Below are positions 26,336 to 39,070 of a stretch of 56,855 nucleotides of DNA, one piece after another. The position numbers and the translations under genes are program-made. Source of the stretch: Octopus bimaculoides (lineage: Eukaryota); the NCBI RefSeq assembly GCF_001194135.2, contig NC_069005.1, positions 11,939,505-11,996,359 of the forward strand. The letters run 5' to 3'. The notes under the pieces were generated by a model. The model worked only from the letters and a program-made list of their open reading frames with translations. It was not told where the DNA came from and did not search any database. The first letter of the stretch is position 1. Every line of letters begins with the position of its first letter.

Positions 26336-26456
26336 CATTCGTTAAGTCGGAACCAACTGATTAATGACAGAAACTGTTTCCTAATGTATTTTTATATAAG
26401 TAGTGTTTCCCTCTGCTCTGAACATTATCCGGTATTTATTATCATCATCATCATCA

Positions 26457-26487
<31 letters not shown>

Positions 26488-27026
26488 TATTATTATTATT
26501 ATTATTATTTGTTTTCACTTTAAAACTTACCATTAACCGACTCGATTGATTATTAGTCAGCAGAGCAGATCATGGACAGTTCGTACTCAATCACATCCAC
26601 TGCAAAACCCTTGTATCAAAAACCCGAAATATAAAGTAGTATGAGTAAATATTTGCAATAAACAGATTGAAATTACTATCACAGTAGAAGCAGAAACATG
26701 TTAAAATATGAAAAAAACCTCACTCTCTTTCTCTCTTCCTTTGCCGCTCCCTCTTCTCTATCTCCCCCCTCTCTCTCTGTATAACTAGGGTGTTGCTTTC
26801 TTGTGATTTTTCTCCAGGACTCATTTGGAAAATATCTGTAATATTAATTGAACTTTATTGGATCGCTACATTTGTCTGCTATCGCCCACATCGCTACTTT
26901 ACGAATTTAGTATTGGGTTTTCATACAGCTGGCGTTCCTAGGGATGTTTTACTTTGTCACTCGTGTGTGTGTATGTACATATATATGTCTATCTATCAAT
27001 CTGTCTGTCTGTATGTCTGTCTGTCT

Positions 27027-27210
27027 ATCTTGGAGAAGAGATGGAAGTCTGCAGGTGCTAAATCTGGCGAAGAGAGAGGGTGCGAAGGCGATACCATGTT
27101 GTTTTTGGCGAGAAGAGATCGGTGACGGTGCATCGTCGTGGTAAAGAATCTAATTCTTCGCGCCCCGCAGATCCGGTCGCTTTCGTCGAATGTTCTCCCT
27201 CAAACGCTTT
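27027..27210 (-). mobile_element. mariner (DD34D) transposase fragment
   Basis: KRLRENIRRKRPDLRGAKN*ILYHDDAP, frameshift, then LLAKNNMVSPSHPLSSPDLAPADFHLFSK; matches the mariner HDNA and (Y)SPDLAPxD motifs. Confidence 0.85.
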
Positions 27211-28184
27211 TATGCTAAGTTGTAATGCGAAGTAAATTTTAAACTAAACTGAAGGATTACTGAATATTTTTTATAGAGCTCTACTCTTCTTTAACAAGAA
27301 TAGAATTGGCAGTCCGATGATGGTTTAGTTGACCGAGAATTCGAAGTCAATATCAATACCATTCTTAAAAAAGAGTAATATACTATACACTCTCGCACAC
27401 ATATGAACATTTAAGTATATACACATATATACATGCATACACACGTACACACACAGATATATATATATATATATGATATACACATCTCACCTACTGCCAC
27501 ACTCACACACTCATATGTGTGTGTGTGTGCGTGTATGCGGTTATGTGTATTCTTCTCTGCACTGTTTATGCTAGCACAGCTGAAATGAGACTTTGACATT
27601 GCCTGTGTATATATGTCTGTATGCGGATGTGCTACTTATACATAGTGACAGTATGGTATGTGTATCTATATGAACAACAAACATTCTAAATTCAATCTTC
27701 TTTAAAAAAATTTCAGATAATAATGTATTTAAAAAAAAATTCTGCTCCTCTTGTACATTTTCACACCGCATTTTCCCAAAAGCCGCTGTTGTTTTTTTTT
27801 TTTCAGCTTTCAATCACATTTTGATAACTTCAGCTTTTTTATGACTTCGTCTTTAAAGCTTAGACTCACTTCTACGTCACAGCCGCCGGTCTATGTAACG
27901 CTGATTTCGCTGTTACTTCAATATTGCTTTAGAAAATATAATTTAAATGAAGTGAGAAAAAAAATCATGTAGTGCAAAAATAGTAAATTTTCTCCACTTA
28001 TTTTTTATTATTCAAAAAATCTTATAAAGCATGCTTTAGAAGTCATCAAACTTATATAGACTCTATAAGGCATGAGACATTTTAAAGTCCTTTCACTATT
28101 TATTTATTACAGTATTTCTTATGAATGCTGGCCTTGTGCCAACATTTGGAATCAATATTTCTTATGAATAAATCCTCGAGATAG

Positions 28185-28555
28185 GATTGTTAGACATTTC
28201 TTCCGACTTTACGTACTGAGTTCAAATTCCACCGAGGTCGACTTTGCCTTTCATACTTTCGAGGGCGATGAAACAAGCACCAGTTGAACAGTAGAGTCTA
28301 TGTAATTAAATTGCTCTTCCTCTAAAATTGTTGGGCTCGTGCCAAAATTTCAAACCGCTATTTCTTAAGAATAAATTGGTAAACTGGCAGAATCATTATC
28401 GCATTGGAAAAATGCTTAGCAGTATTTCTTCCGACTTTACAGTCTCAGTTTAAATGCCTCGGGAGTCGACTATGCCTTTCATCCTTTTGAGGTCGATAAA
28501 ATAAGTACCAGAAGTACTGGGGTCCATGCAATCAACTCAGCCCTTCCTCCGAAAG
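28185..28555 (+). mobile_element. two tandem SINE family B copies
   Basis: gagttcaaattccaccgaggtcgactttgcctttc (about 28220) and ctggcagaatc...gtcgactatgcctttcatcc...aagtaccagaagtactgggg (28383-28520). Confidence 0.8.
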
Positions 28556-29220
28556 TTTTCGTTTATTGTCAGATTTAACCCATGAAAAGAAATGAAAGGA
28601 GTCAGATAAAACTTTGGTCAAATGATTTGGCGTTAAATTTCCACTGCATGTTTGAAAACACACTCGAAGTGTAAATATTGTTTAGAAGGAAGTTTCAAAT
28701 AAATCCACATATGCAACTTGCAGTCATTTGAAGGAAATTAACTTTGAATTAGAACTGTTTTCTACGTCCGCAAGAAACTTTCCGGGTGTACGCTAGGAGT
28801 AATGTCGAGCAATGAGACGCAAAATATAATCTACTAAAAGCTTTGAGCCGACATAGCGAGTCTTGAGATATGTATTTTGAAATCAAGCGTCCATCGCATT
28901 TTGAAGTGCTGTTATTGAGAATGTTCCGTTGCAGGAATAGTCCAAGATCGTTTCATGCAACTCCATTTAATTAAACAATGAAATCATTACATCAATTTAA
29001 AAATGCAGAGCTATCCTCAGCTGCACAAAGACATAGAATTTAACTGAATTAGAATAGATGGACACATTAGTATAATTATATCTAAAATCTCCAAGAAATT
29101 AAGGAGATAGATAAAGAACAAGCTGGCTTCACTCCAGCATAGAAGTTATTTCCCCTCAAACTCCTTTCTTCATTTCTTGCATATGTTTATGCTCTTTCCG
29201 ATGGTAATAGTGTCTGTGTG

Positions 29221-29255
<35 letters not shown>

Positions 29256-30247
29256 CCGTAAAACCGTAGAGCTCCAATGAAGCTCAAGGTGATACGGACA
29301 CACGCCAGGGCTCATGCGCACAGACACACACACATATATATATGTAAATCATTTTGGTGTCGTTCACATGTTTAACTTTAAGTAAAAGATATGGATTGGC
29401 TCTCGTAATTTTTTCTCTTTTAACAGAGTTTGGATTTTATAACAACATCGGTCGTAATTATACTTGTGATTTGGTTTGTAAAATTTACTAATTTACCCTT
29501 TATCTTGCATGCATACAATATATCTTGTATATATCTTGCAATCTTTATATCTTGTATCTTGGAACGACTACGTTATTATTACCTTTTTCTAGATTTGAAA
29601 GCAAATACGAAACGATAACTTTTCCGCTATATGTAATTTGACATTATCAGTCAAGCTGCAGTTATGACTCTAAACAACTGAACAGTAATTCTCAGTATTT
29701 ATACGTCTATTGTGTTGTATATTCCGAAATACATGATTGGCTAAATAAGATGTGACAATATATCCACTGCGTTCGAAGACATGTAATTATATTCCTTGAT
29801 GAATATGGAAGAATTCAGACAACGCTCCTGTGTTGACATCCGGAATTATTATGTATCGGCAAGATTCAATATCATCTTACACTTTCTATTTTCATATTCT
29901 GTTTCAGCATAAGAAAGATTAAGAAGCACTAATCATAGACATGCAGGCTTGGGTTTGCGGTTAAGAAGTTGGCGTTGCAAATATATGGTTTCAAGTCTGA
30001 GCTCAAATTCAATCCCAATATAGACTAATGTGGGAAAGAGCCTTCCCCCAATGCCTCTTGGCGACGAATGACATATGAGTGAATATATATATAATATAAT
30101 GTAATATAATGTAATATAATACTTTTACAGGAAAAGTGGTGACGATGTCTTCGAAGATTCGGCCGCTTGGTTTTCGTCGGACTAAACTACCTGACCAAAA
30201 CTTCCAATTCACTATGACCATTTCTCTGGTAAAAGTAAAATAATATG

Positions 30248-30310
30248 CATTCTCCAAAATGTATTCATTCTCCAAAATGTATTCATTCTCCAAAATGTAT
30301 TCATTCTCCA
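30248..30310. repeat. 18-bp minisatellite, 3.5 copies (cattctccaaaatgtatt)
   Basis: Three exact units plus a partial one; explains the ENEYIL repeat in ORF 30009-30293. Confidence 0.95.
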
Positions 30311-31094
30311 GGTTACAGAATAATTGATTTTCTCATAAATTGGCTTCAAAATAATAATTAATATGTGTGCGTGTGTCTTTATGTGAGTGTGTGTTGTGTG
30401 TCTGTATGTGAATTGTGCGTCGTGTGTGCGTACGTGTGTGTGTGTGTGTGTGTGTGTATCGTTTTGATTCTCTTATCGATGCCCCTCTGTTTACATGTCT
30501 GTAACTTCTATGTGACATAAAGCAAATAAATCTTGAACGCAGAGATAACAGATAGCATGCAATAACGTTATGATGCTCGTGGAACTATATCTCGAGATCG
30601 ACAGACAACAGAAAATCCAATCGGAATCGTGGAGTAAGATAAAAATCTTAGTTGCTAGAGTGGCGGAGGTGAGTGTCATATGGGGTTTTNNNNNNNNNNN
30701 NNNNNNNNNNNNNNNNNNNNNNNNNNNNNNNNNNNNNNNNNNNNNNNNNNNNNNNNNNNNNNNNNNNNNNNNNNNNNNNNNNNNNNNNNNNNNNNNNNNN
30801 NNNNNNNNNNNNNNNNNNNNNNNNNNNNNNNNNNNNNNNNNNNNNNNNNNNNNNNNNNATCATTTTCAAAAGCATCTTCTTTCAGTTCTGTTTCCATTTC
30901 TTGTCGAGTGTCTTCCTGACACCTAGCGCAGAGAAATGCACTGCATACATTGGTAGCCTATTAAAATAAACACACTAGATTGCTCATTTACAGAGTCATG
31001 TGGCAGAGAAAAAGGGGAAGTCGGGGAGAAAAAGGAAAAAATAAAAAATAGAAAAATAAACAAATAAAATAAGGAGGGCAAAAGGAAAGAAAAT

Positions 31095-32893
31095 TTACAG
31101 CAACAATGCTTTACTCAATACGTATGATGTACTAGTTAAGACAATATTTTGCACTTTCTGCATGGCTGGTAAGCCAGGGATCATTCTTAAATAATTTTCA
31201 GTTCCATTTTTGATCATTCCAAGTACTCCGACAATCACTGGTATTGTAACCGTCTTGAGATGCCACTTCTTTTCGATTAGGAAGATTATGGTCACAGGGT
31301 ATGCTCATGTCGATCAATAAACAGACTTTATTGCTTTTGTCTTTCACAACAATATCTGGTTTATTTACCTTGATGGGCCGATCTGTACATTCTGGGAAGA
31401 CCCAACGAATAGTTACATTTTCTCTCTGAGTTACAGCCTCAGGGTGGTGCTTGTACCATTTGTCAGGAGTTTTGATTTTATAATGTCGACACATTACATT
31501 ATCCAATGTAGGTATTGTCCAACTCTCTCATGTCTTGATTTGTACTCTACAGGTGCTAAAACCTTACATCCAGAGATTAGCTGGTCAACTGTTCCAGTCC
31601 CATTGCTGCAGTATCGGCTCTTTGGGTCTAAACTATTTTTCATCACCTTGCCTTGATCACTTCGGGTCAATAAGCTCTGATATTAGGCAGCCAAGATAAA
31701 GCCTTCACTCTCTGCCTTTAGCCCTGAGCTCCGAGGCCACTGATGGCTGTGCTTCTGATCTCCATCATCTTGTTTGCTATGGGCCATATATTTGCCATAA
31801 AGGAGTTTTGTTTCCACCTATCAGCCATTTTGTTCAAGCGCATTTTGCTTTGCTATTGATTTCACCTTCTTCGCAACTACAGTTACCGCACTTCTCTCAT
31901 GTTGTTCAACCTAGATATTATGTATAAACTCATTTGAAAATTCTTTGTTCCCCTTCATAACAGAATGAAACTTCTTACGTCCTTCATGGTTTTCAATGAT
32001 TTTTAACATCCAGTCGTTAGATGTTTCAAGATATTTTGGCAGTCCATTTGCGGTAGCTTTGTTGGATATTTCAAATTGGATCAAGCCTCTACCTCCTTGA
32101 CCTCTGGGTAGGTAAAGATGATCTGCTTCTGCCTTTGGGTGGTGCATCTTTTTGCAAGTCAGCAGGCTACGGATTTTCCTGTCAATCTTCCTTATTTTGC
32201 TCATATTTCAGTTCAACACATCGAAACTGTAAATAACAACCGGAACTGCTAAGGAATTTATAGCTAACACCGTGTTACATGCATTTTAGGACTGCTCGAA
32301 CTCTCCTGTAACAATCCTTCCTGATCTTCTCTTTTATAATTACATAATGAATGCCAGAGCCCACGTTTATTCCGATGTATTTGTAAGTTTGTTCCTGCTC
32401 GACTTCTTTTATAACTGTGTCTTCAGTTCTCCTTTCTGGAAAGTGGCCTTGGTACATTTATCAAGATAAAATTCCATCCCAATGTCATCACTGAATGCTT
32501 TCACAGTACGTAACAGTCCTTCAAGCTTATTATCATCTTTGCCATAGAGTTTTGAGTCATCTATTTAAAATTAATGACTTATTTTCTTGTCGCCAATTTT
32601 ATATCCATACGGTGTTCTGTTGAATTCACTTGTAAAGGGTATTAAGGCTAAACAGAACATCAAAGGTAAAAGCGAGTCACCTTGGGAAATGCCACAGTTG
32701 ATATTAATATTTTTTGTGGTCAGTACTTCATTAGAGTGGTATAATTGGAGATTCGTATTGACATGTTGTGCTTCAGGAAGCTTGAAATCACAGGAGAAAT
32801 TTTGAGGTTATCCAGAGATTTCAAGATCCATGAATGCGGTGTGCTGTCGAAGGCCTTTTTATAATCAATCCATGCACAACTGAGATTCCTGCG
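31095..32893 (-). mobile_element. 5'-truncated, decayed non-LTR retrotransposon of R4/Dong-type (RT + CCHC + restriction-like endonuclease): LINE-A
   Basis: AWIDYKKAFDSTPHSW, then GISQGDSL, IDDSKLY (decayed YMDD), YKYIG, HPKAEADHLYLPRGQGGRGL, a decayed zinc knuckle (YCSNGTGTVDQLISGC..RH), KPDIVVKDK..LIDMSIP (PD..D endonuclease) and C-terminal IPVIVGVLG..QNIVLTST. Multiple stops and frameshifts. Confidence 0.92.

Positions 32894-32953
<60 letters not shown>
32894..32953. repeat. (TAC)20 microsatellite at the LINE-A 5' junction
   Basis: Perfect run directly abutting the RT-coding sequence. Confidence 0.95.
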
Positions 32954-32955
<2 letters not shown>

Positions 32956-33090
32956 GCAGAGTCACCCGGTGTTGCCTGGAAATAAAATGGGCTGTTTATA
33001 TAATTGGAAGAAAAAAGCAAAACATGTTGTGTAGAAATTTGTTATTCTAAATTCAATTTATTCTTCACTTGAGAAATCAATTCTGAATTC

Positions 33091-33150
<60 letters not shown>

Positions 33151-33526
33151 GTAAACGAAAAATGTTATCATATGCACAGCGTTGTTCTGGGAGAAGTTTA
33201 GGTATTCATATTCATTCACAATTTCAGCAAAGTCTGTGATGTCATAATTTGTCTCTCTTGCTATGAGTGCGTGTGTGACTAAGCTGTGGGTGTGAGACAG
33301 AGAGAACATTGCAAACAATGAATGAAAAAATCGTATAAATAAAGTTCGTTTAAAAACTATCTTGTACCGAACTCTTGAATTTGTGAACTTATTAAATATT
33401 TTCTTCTGAATACCCTATTATTTATCTGAGACCAAACTATTCGGGAATCTCAAGTATGGAAGCAATTCGCACTGCCATTTTCGCATGAAAAGCGAATACA
33501 CACACAGAGGTCTATTTTATAAAGGA
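32953..33526 (-). mobile_element. non-autonomous Helitron-like element
   Basis: Minus-strand 3' end ccaggcaacaccgggtgactctgCTAG (decayed GC hairpin plus CTAG). Minus-strand 5' end TCctttataaaatagacctctgtgtgtg. Internal (TAA)n at 33090-33150. No coding capacity. Confidence 0.55.
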
Positions 33527-33556
33527 AAACGATTATCATTATTATTGCTATTATTC

Positions 33557-34326
33557 ATAAACACACGACAAATTAGAGGAAAATTCCTAACGTCAGGCTG
33601 CAACAAGTAAACTTAGAGGCCAAGAACCCTCCTAAGTGTCCTAGCTGTCCCTAATAACACTGTTTTCTGGAACTGTACTAAACTGGGTTTTATGCCTATT
33701 TGCTCTATCCATCTGTTCAAATCTTTAAGGATATTTCCTAATGCACCCGTAACTACTGGAATACATTTTACCCACACTTTCCATGGTCTCTGTAGTTCAA
33801 TGGCTAGGTCCTGGTACCACCAGGACCTAGTATTTTGCAATCTTTATTATCGGCGACTCCTGAGATTTGCTTATACCACGTCTTCCCTCTTTCTAGGCCG
33901 TTATTTTCAGAGCTTCCACTAGATCATTCTTGCCATATTCTCAGGTCGTCTTTTGTAATCTCGTTGTGCCAATTTCAGGCATTCGCTAACGATGTGCCAT
34001 ACCGTCTCACCCCTCTCACCACACATTCTGTATGTGTCGCTATCAGTAGTGTTGTCGATTCTGCACTTCACGTAGTTAGTCCATAACACTTGTTCTTGTA
34101 CTGCACATATTAATGCTTTTGTCTCTATTTCAAATCACTCCTCGTCCTTAGCCACCATTCTTCTGCGTCTGTATTGGATTTCAAATCAGTTGCAAACTGA
34201 CCGTAGATTTTTCCCTTCCATGATATTTCTTTTTCGTGTTCTTTGCTTTTTTTAAATTTTTCTTTCTTTACATAATCTTTGATGGCGCCAGACTTCTTCA
34301 CACGTTCCATTCTTCTTCTTATTTTC
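33557..34326 (-). mobile_element. 5'-truncated, decayed R4/Dong-type LINE of a different subfamily: LINE-B
   Basis: WKGKIYGQF..WL..SDLK*ETKALICAVQEQ, MCGERGETVWHIVSEC (CCHC), and YQDLAIELQRPW..IPVVTGALG..QKTVLLGTARTLRRVL*. Short 3'UTR ends in degenerate (TAA)n (33531-33556); (TAA)n also lies at the 5' junction. Confidence 0.9.
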
Positions 34327-34352
34327 ATTATTATTATTATTATTACTACTAC

Positions 34353-34403
<51 letters not shown>
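34327..34403. repeat. (TTA/TAA)n microsatellite at the LINE-B 5' junction
   Basis: About 25 units with a short TAC interruption. Confidence 0.95.
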
Positions 34404-34404
<1 letters not shown>

Positions 34405-37114
34405 AGCAGAAGCAGCGACAGGAGCAATAGTAGAAGTAGCAGCAATGGTGACAGATGTAGTGGGAGGAGTATAAGAAGAAAAGAGATGAAGAGGAGGAGT
34501 GGGGAAGTGTCGCAATCATTTCGTTCTCATGAATATTTGAAATTCTACTAATGACGTTGGAGCTTCTGTTGACTTTGCCGATGTCAGAAGAAGTTTTTCT
34601 GATATATTTATTCCAAATGGCATATTTGATTCACTGGTGTATCTTCATCTCAAAGAAACTTCGATAAATATAGAGTTAATAGCTTCTTCCACAGCATATC
34701 GACGTCACGGTGTGTAGTGTTGATATTTACATGAAAGAAGCTTCAAGTTGGGGTTACAAATTAAAATTAATTCTATGATATACGGACGTACAAGCACACC
34801 CGCACAAACAGGCACTAGTATGCATGTATCTATGTATGCATGAATTTATGTATGTATATGTGTATATATGTATATATATATGTATGCATATATGTATGTA
34901 TATATATATGTATGCATATATGTATGTATGCATATATGTATGTATATATGTATATATATATATATATANNNNNNNNNNNNNNNNNNNNNNNNNNNNNNNN
35001 NNNNNNNNNNNNNNNNNNNNNNNNNNNNNNNNNNNNNNNNNNNNNNNNNNNNNNNNNNNNNNNNNNNNNNNNNNNNNNNNNNNNNNNNNNNNNNNNNNNN
35101 NNNNNNNNNNNNNNNNNNNNNNNNNNNNNNNNNNNNNNNNNNNNNNNNNNNNNNNNNNNNNNNNNNNNNNNNNNNNNNNNNNNNNNNNNNNNNNNNNNNN
35201 NNNNNNNNNNNNNNNNNNNNNNNNNNNNNNNNNNNNNNNNNNNNNNNNNNNNNNNNNNNNNNNNNNNNNNNNNNNNNNNNNNNNNNNNNNNNNNNNNNNN
35301 NNNNNNNNNNNNNNNNNNNNNNNNNNNNNNNNNNNNNNNNNNNNNNNNNNNNNNNNNNNNNNNNNNNNNNNNNNNNNNNNNNNNNNNNNNNNNNNNNNNN
35401 NNNNNNNNNNNNNNNNNNNNNNNNNNNNNNNNNNNNNNNNNNNNNNNNNNNNNNNNNNNNNNNNNNNNNNNNNNNNNNNNNNNNNNNNNNNNNNNNNNNN
35501 NNNNNNNNNNNNNNNNNNNNNNNNNNNNNNNNNNNNNNNNNNNNNNNNNNNNNNNNNNNNNNNNNNNNNNNNNNNNNNNNNNNNNNNNNNNNNNNNNNNN
35601 NNNNNNNNNNNNNNNNNNNNNNNNNNNNNNNNNNNNNNNNNNNNNNNNNNNNNNNNNNNNNNNNNNNNNNNNNNNNNNNNNNNNNNNNNNNNNNNNNNNN
35701 NNNNNNNNNNNNNNNNNNNNNNNNNNNNNNNNNNNNNNNNNNNNNNNNNNNNNNNNNNNATATATATATATATATATATATACATATGTGTGTGTGTTTA
35801 TATATGTATATATAAATCCAAGTATATACACGTATATGTATTAAAGTATATGTGAATATGTTTGTATATATGCATATAGGTATGCTTTATGTATACATGT
35901 TTTTATATATACATATAAATGCATATACATACACGCATATGTGGAAATATATTGGTACATCTAATTTGAAATATCTCCTGTCACTTGTAGTAGCGCAACA
36001 TAAAGAATAAAGGTAAGACCATTTTTTTTACTTATTTACTGCTAGAGACCGAAATACACTTAAATATTTTTCTAATAGGGACTTACCATAACTTATTTAT
36101 GTAACACCTCTTAGATCATATGAATTCTATATAAGTAAAAGTCTGCATTTTGCTCAGAAACATTTTGAATATTAGAGAGACCATGAAAACTTAACTGCCG
36201 AAGCATAGTAATTTCAAAATTATTATTTCTCCTCAGTTTGGAATTAGTACCGTACGTATTTCTTTTTGTTTACTATATCAGTCTGTATTTTGTATATATG
36301 CATATTAAAACATATATATTTTTAGATTTGGAAATTAGCATAAGATGCTAATTGTGTTTAACACCAAGCATCATGTGAATGAATTATTCATAAATATACA
36401 CCCTAATTATTGATTTATGTAGAATCCTTTTAACTTAAAATAACATGTTTATTTGCCACTGGTGTAATTCTGGTGAAAATAGGCTAATAAATTTTGCAGC
36501 TATAAATTTTTGACTTCGAGGATATAAAACTTTCTTGTCTTTCATAAATTTATCCGCTCTCATATCATATTTGAAGAAGAATATTGTCCGAAACGTTAAA
36601 TTTACCAAATCTTTCGGGAAGTTCACGGTACTCTTTTTATCGACTTTCCTAAATAATCGAAATTTTTGGTTGCTCAAACCAACATGATTCCTGAAGTGTT
36701 TATAACTTCCAAATAATTTATTTTCCATACATATAATAGTTAACAAACATAAGTGGTGGTCATAGTCTTCAATCCATTCTGTTACCTCAGGACTGACCTG
36801 TGCTGAAGCAACAGCAATAGAATTATTTCATTTTGTTAGCATTATTTTGGTCGACATGGTGACAGAATCAGGAAAATGTTAAGCGGCTGTTTTGTTCTTG
36901 TTTAGAAACTCTTCAGTCCTTTGGATCAAATGTAGTCCAAGAACAAGCATCATGTTTTTCATAAGCTCATAATAACATGTATTTTCATTATTTGTAAAAT
37001 TTGGTGAAATTTAATCGAAATATGACAGCAAATGGTCACTGTTAGTTGGCTGATTGCGGAAAAACTTTAGTTTCATTGCTCATTGAGAAACAGGATTTGT
37101 AGGACAACCTATCT

Positions 37115-37362
37115 TTCTTTTACTTCTTACAGTCATTAAACTGCAGCCATGCTGCAGCACCGCCCCTGGTACTAATGTGTTTAAAGCCTAGTACTTATTC
37201 TATAGCTTTGTTTTGCTGAAACATACCAACACGTGTTGTGAAGCAGTGGTGGATGACAAACATAGACACAAAACACACATACATGCCCTTATACACGCAT
37301 ATATACATATAAAGATAGATAGACAGACAGACAGAAACATACACACGTGCACACACACATAT

Positions 37363-37399
<37 letters not shown>

Positions 37400-38361
37400 N
37401 NNNNNNNNNNNNNNNNNNNNNNNNNNNNNNNNNNNNNNNNNNNNNNNNNNNNNNNNNNNNNNNNNNNNNNNNNNNNNNNNNNNNNNNNNNNNNNNNNNNN
37501 NNNNNNNNNNNNNNNNNNNNNNNNNNNNNNNNNNNNNNNNNNNNNNNNNNNNNNNNNNNNNNNNNNNNNNNNNNNNNNNNNNNNNNNNNNNNNNNNNNNN
37601 NNNNNNNNNNNNNNNNNNNNNNNNNNNNNNNNNNNNNNNNNNNNNNNNNNNNNNNNNNNNNNNNNNNNNNNNNNNNNNNNNNNNNNNNNNNNNNNNNNNN
37701 NNNNNNNNNNNNNNNNNNNNNNNNNNNNNNNNNNNNNNNNNNNNNNNNNNNNNNNNNNNNNNNNNNNNNNNNNNNNNNNNNNNNNNNNNNNNNNNNNNNN
37801 NNNNNNNNNNNNNNNNNNNNNNNNNNNNNNNNNNNNNNNNNNNNNNNNNNNNNNNNNNNNNNNNNNNNNNNNNNNNNNNNNNNNNNNNNNNNNNNNNNNN
37901 NNNNNNNNNNNNNNNNNNNNNNNNNNNNNNNNNNNNNNNNNNNNNNNNNNNNNNNNNNNNNNNNNNNNNNNNNNNNNNNNNNNNNNNNNNNNNNNNNNNN
38001 NNNNNNNNNNNNNNNNNNNNNNNNNNNNNNNNNNNNNNNNNNNNNNNNNNNNNNNNNNNNNNNNNNNNNNNNNNNNNNNNNNNNNNNNNNNNNNNNNNNN
38101 NNNNNNNNNNNNNNNNNNNNNNNNNNNNNNNNNNNNNNNNNNNNNNNNNNNNNNNNNNNNNNNNNNNNNNNNNNNNNNNNNNNNNNNNNNNNNNNNNNNN
38201 NNNNNNNNNNNNNNNNNNNNNNNNNNNNNNNNNNNNNNNNNNNNNNNNNNNNNNNNNNNNNNNNNNNNNNNNNNNNNNNNNNNNNNNNNNNNNNNNNNNN
38301 NNNNNNNNNNNNNNNNNNNNNNNNNNNNNNNNNNNNNNNNNNNNNNNNNNNNNNNNNNNNN

Positions 38362-38396
<35 letters not shown>

Positions 38397-38520
38397 GCCA
38401 CACACACACACGATGGGCTACTTTTAGTTTCTCAAGGCTTTCCCGAGGTACCATGTTGTGGGCCTGGACTTGGAACCATCTGGATGAGAAGCAAACTTCT
38501 TACCATATAGCTACTCCTAC
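37115..38520 (-). mobile_element. SINE family A; internal microsatellite spans an assembly gap
   Basis: 3' module at 37115-37280 (cagtcattaaactgcagccatgctg); head module at 38410-38520 (cgatgggctacttttagtttc...agcaaacttcttaccatatagc). Confidence 0.75.
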
Positions 38521-38949
38521 GTAGATGAAACATTTTTTTAACTATATCACTGGATTAATATTGTAATCGCTGTTACTGTTATATATTTACCCACGCACTG
38601 CAGCAGAGAAATATTGTAAATTATTTGAAGTTTAAGTAATCAAAATTATTAAACAAAGAATAATCTTTTGTAAGATTTCTTGGGAGAAGATAAAATTCAC
38701 TACCGGACTGATTTGTTTTATTTTGGGAAGATAAAAGGAAACGTTAACCTCGGTGGGATTTCAATTCAAAACTTAAGGCTCGTAATTACCCATCACAAAG
38801 CAAGTTACCTGACTCCCTATCTAGTCTACCAATCAACCGCGTTTTTTCCTTTGCCAAGCGTCTGAAGTATTTACTCATTCTTTCAATATTTAAAGCTATT
38901 TTCTTTGTATTATTCGTTATTCTTTCTGTATTTCGGATTTATCCTGATT

Positions 38950-39070
38950 CGGGGAGACACGAAACATCTAAGTTGCCATTGTGCAATATATCCTTCCTTT
39001 CTAAAGATGGTATAGTGTCGTTTCAGTGATATTTTGCTGCTACGTCTAGTAGACGGAGAGATGCCGTAAA
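38950..39070 (+). repeat. dispersed repeat; second copy at about 40065-40190
   Basis: Shared ggagacac...atctaagtt(g/c)ccattgtgcaatatatcctt(c/t)ctttctaaa(a)gatgg at about 38953-39010 and 40086-40145. Confidence 0.75.
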
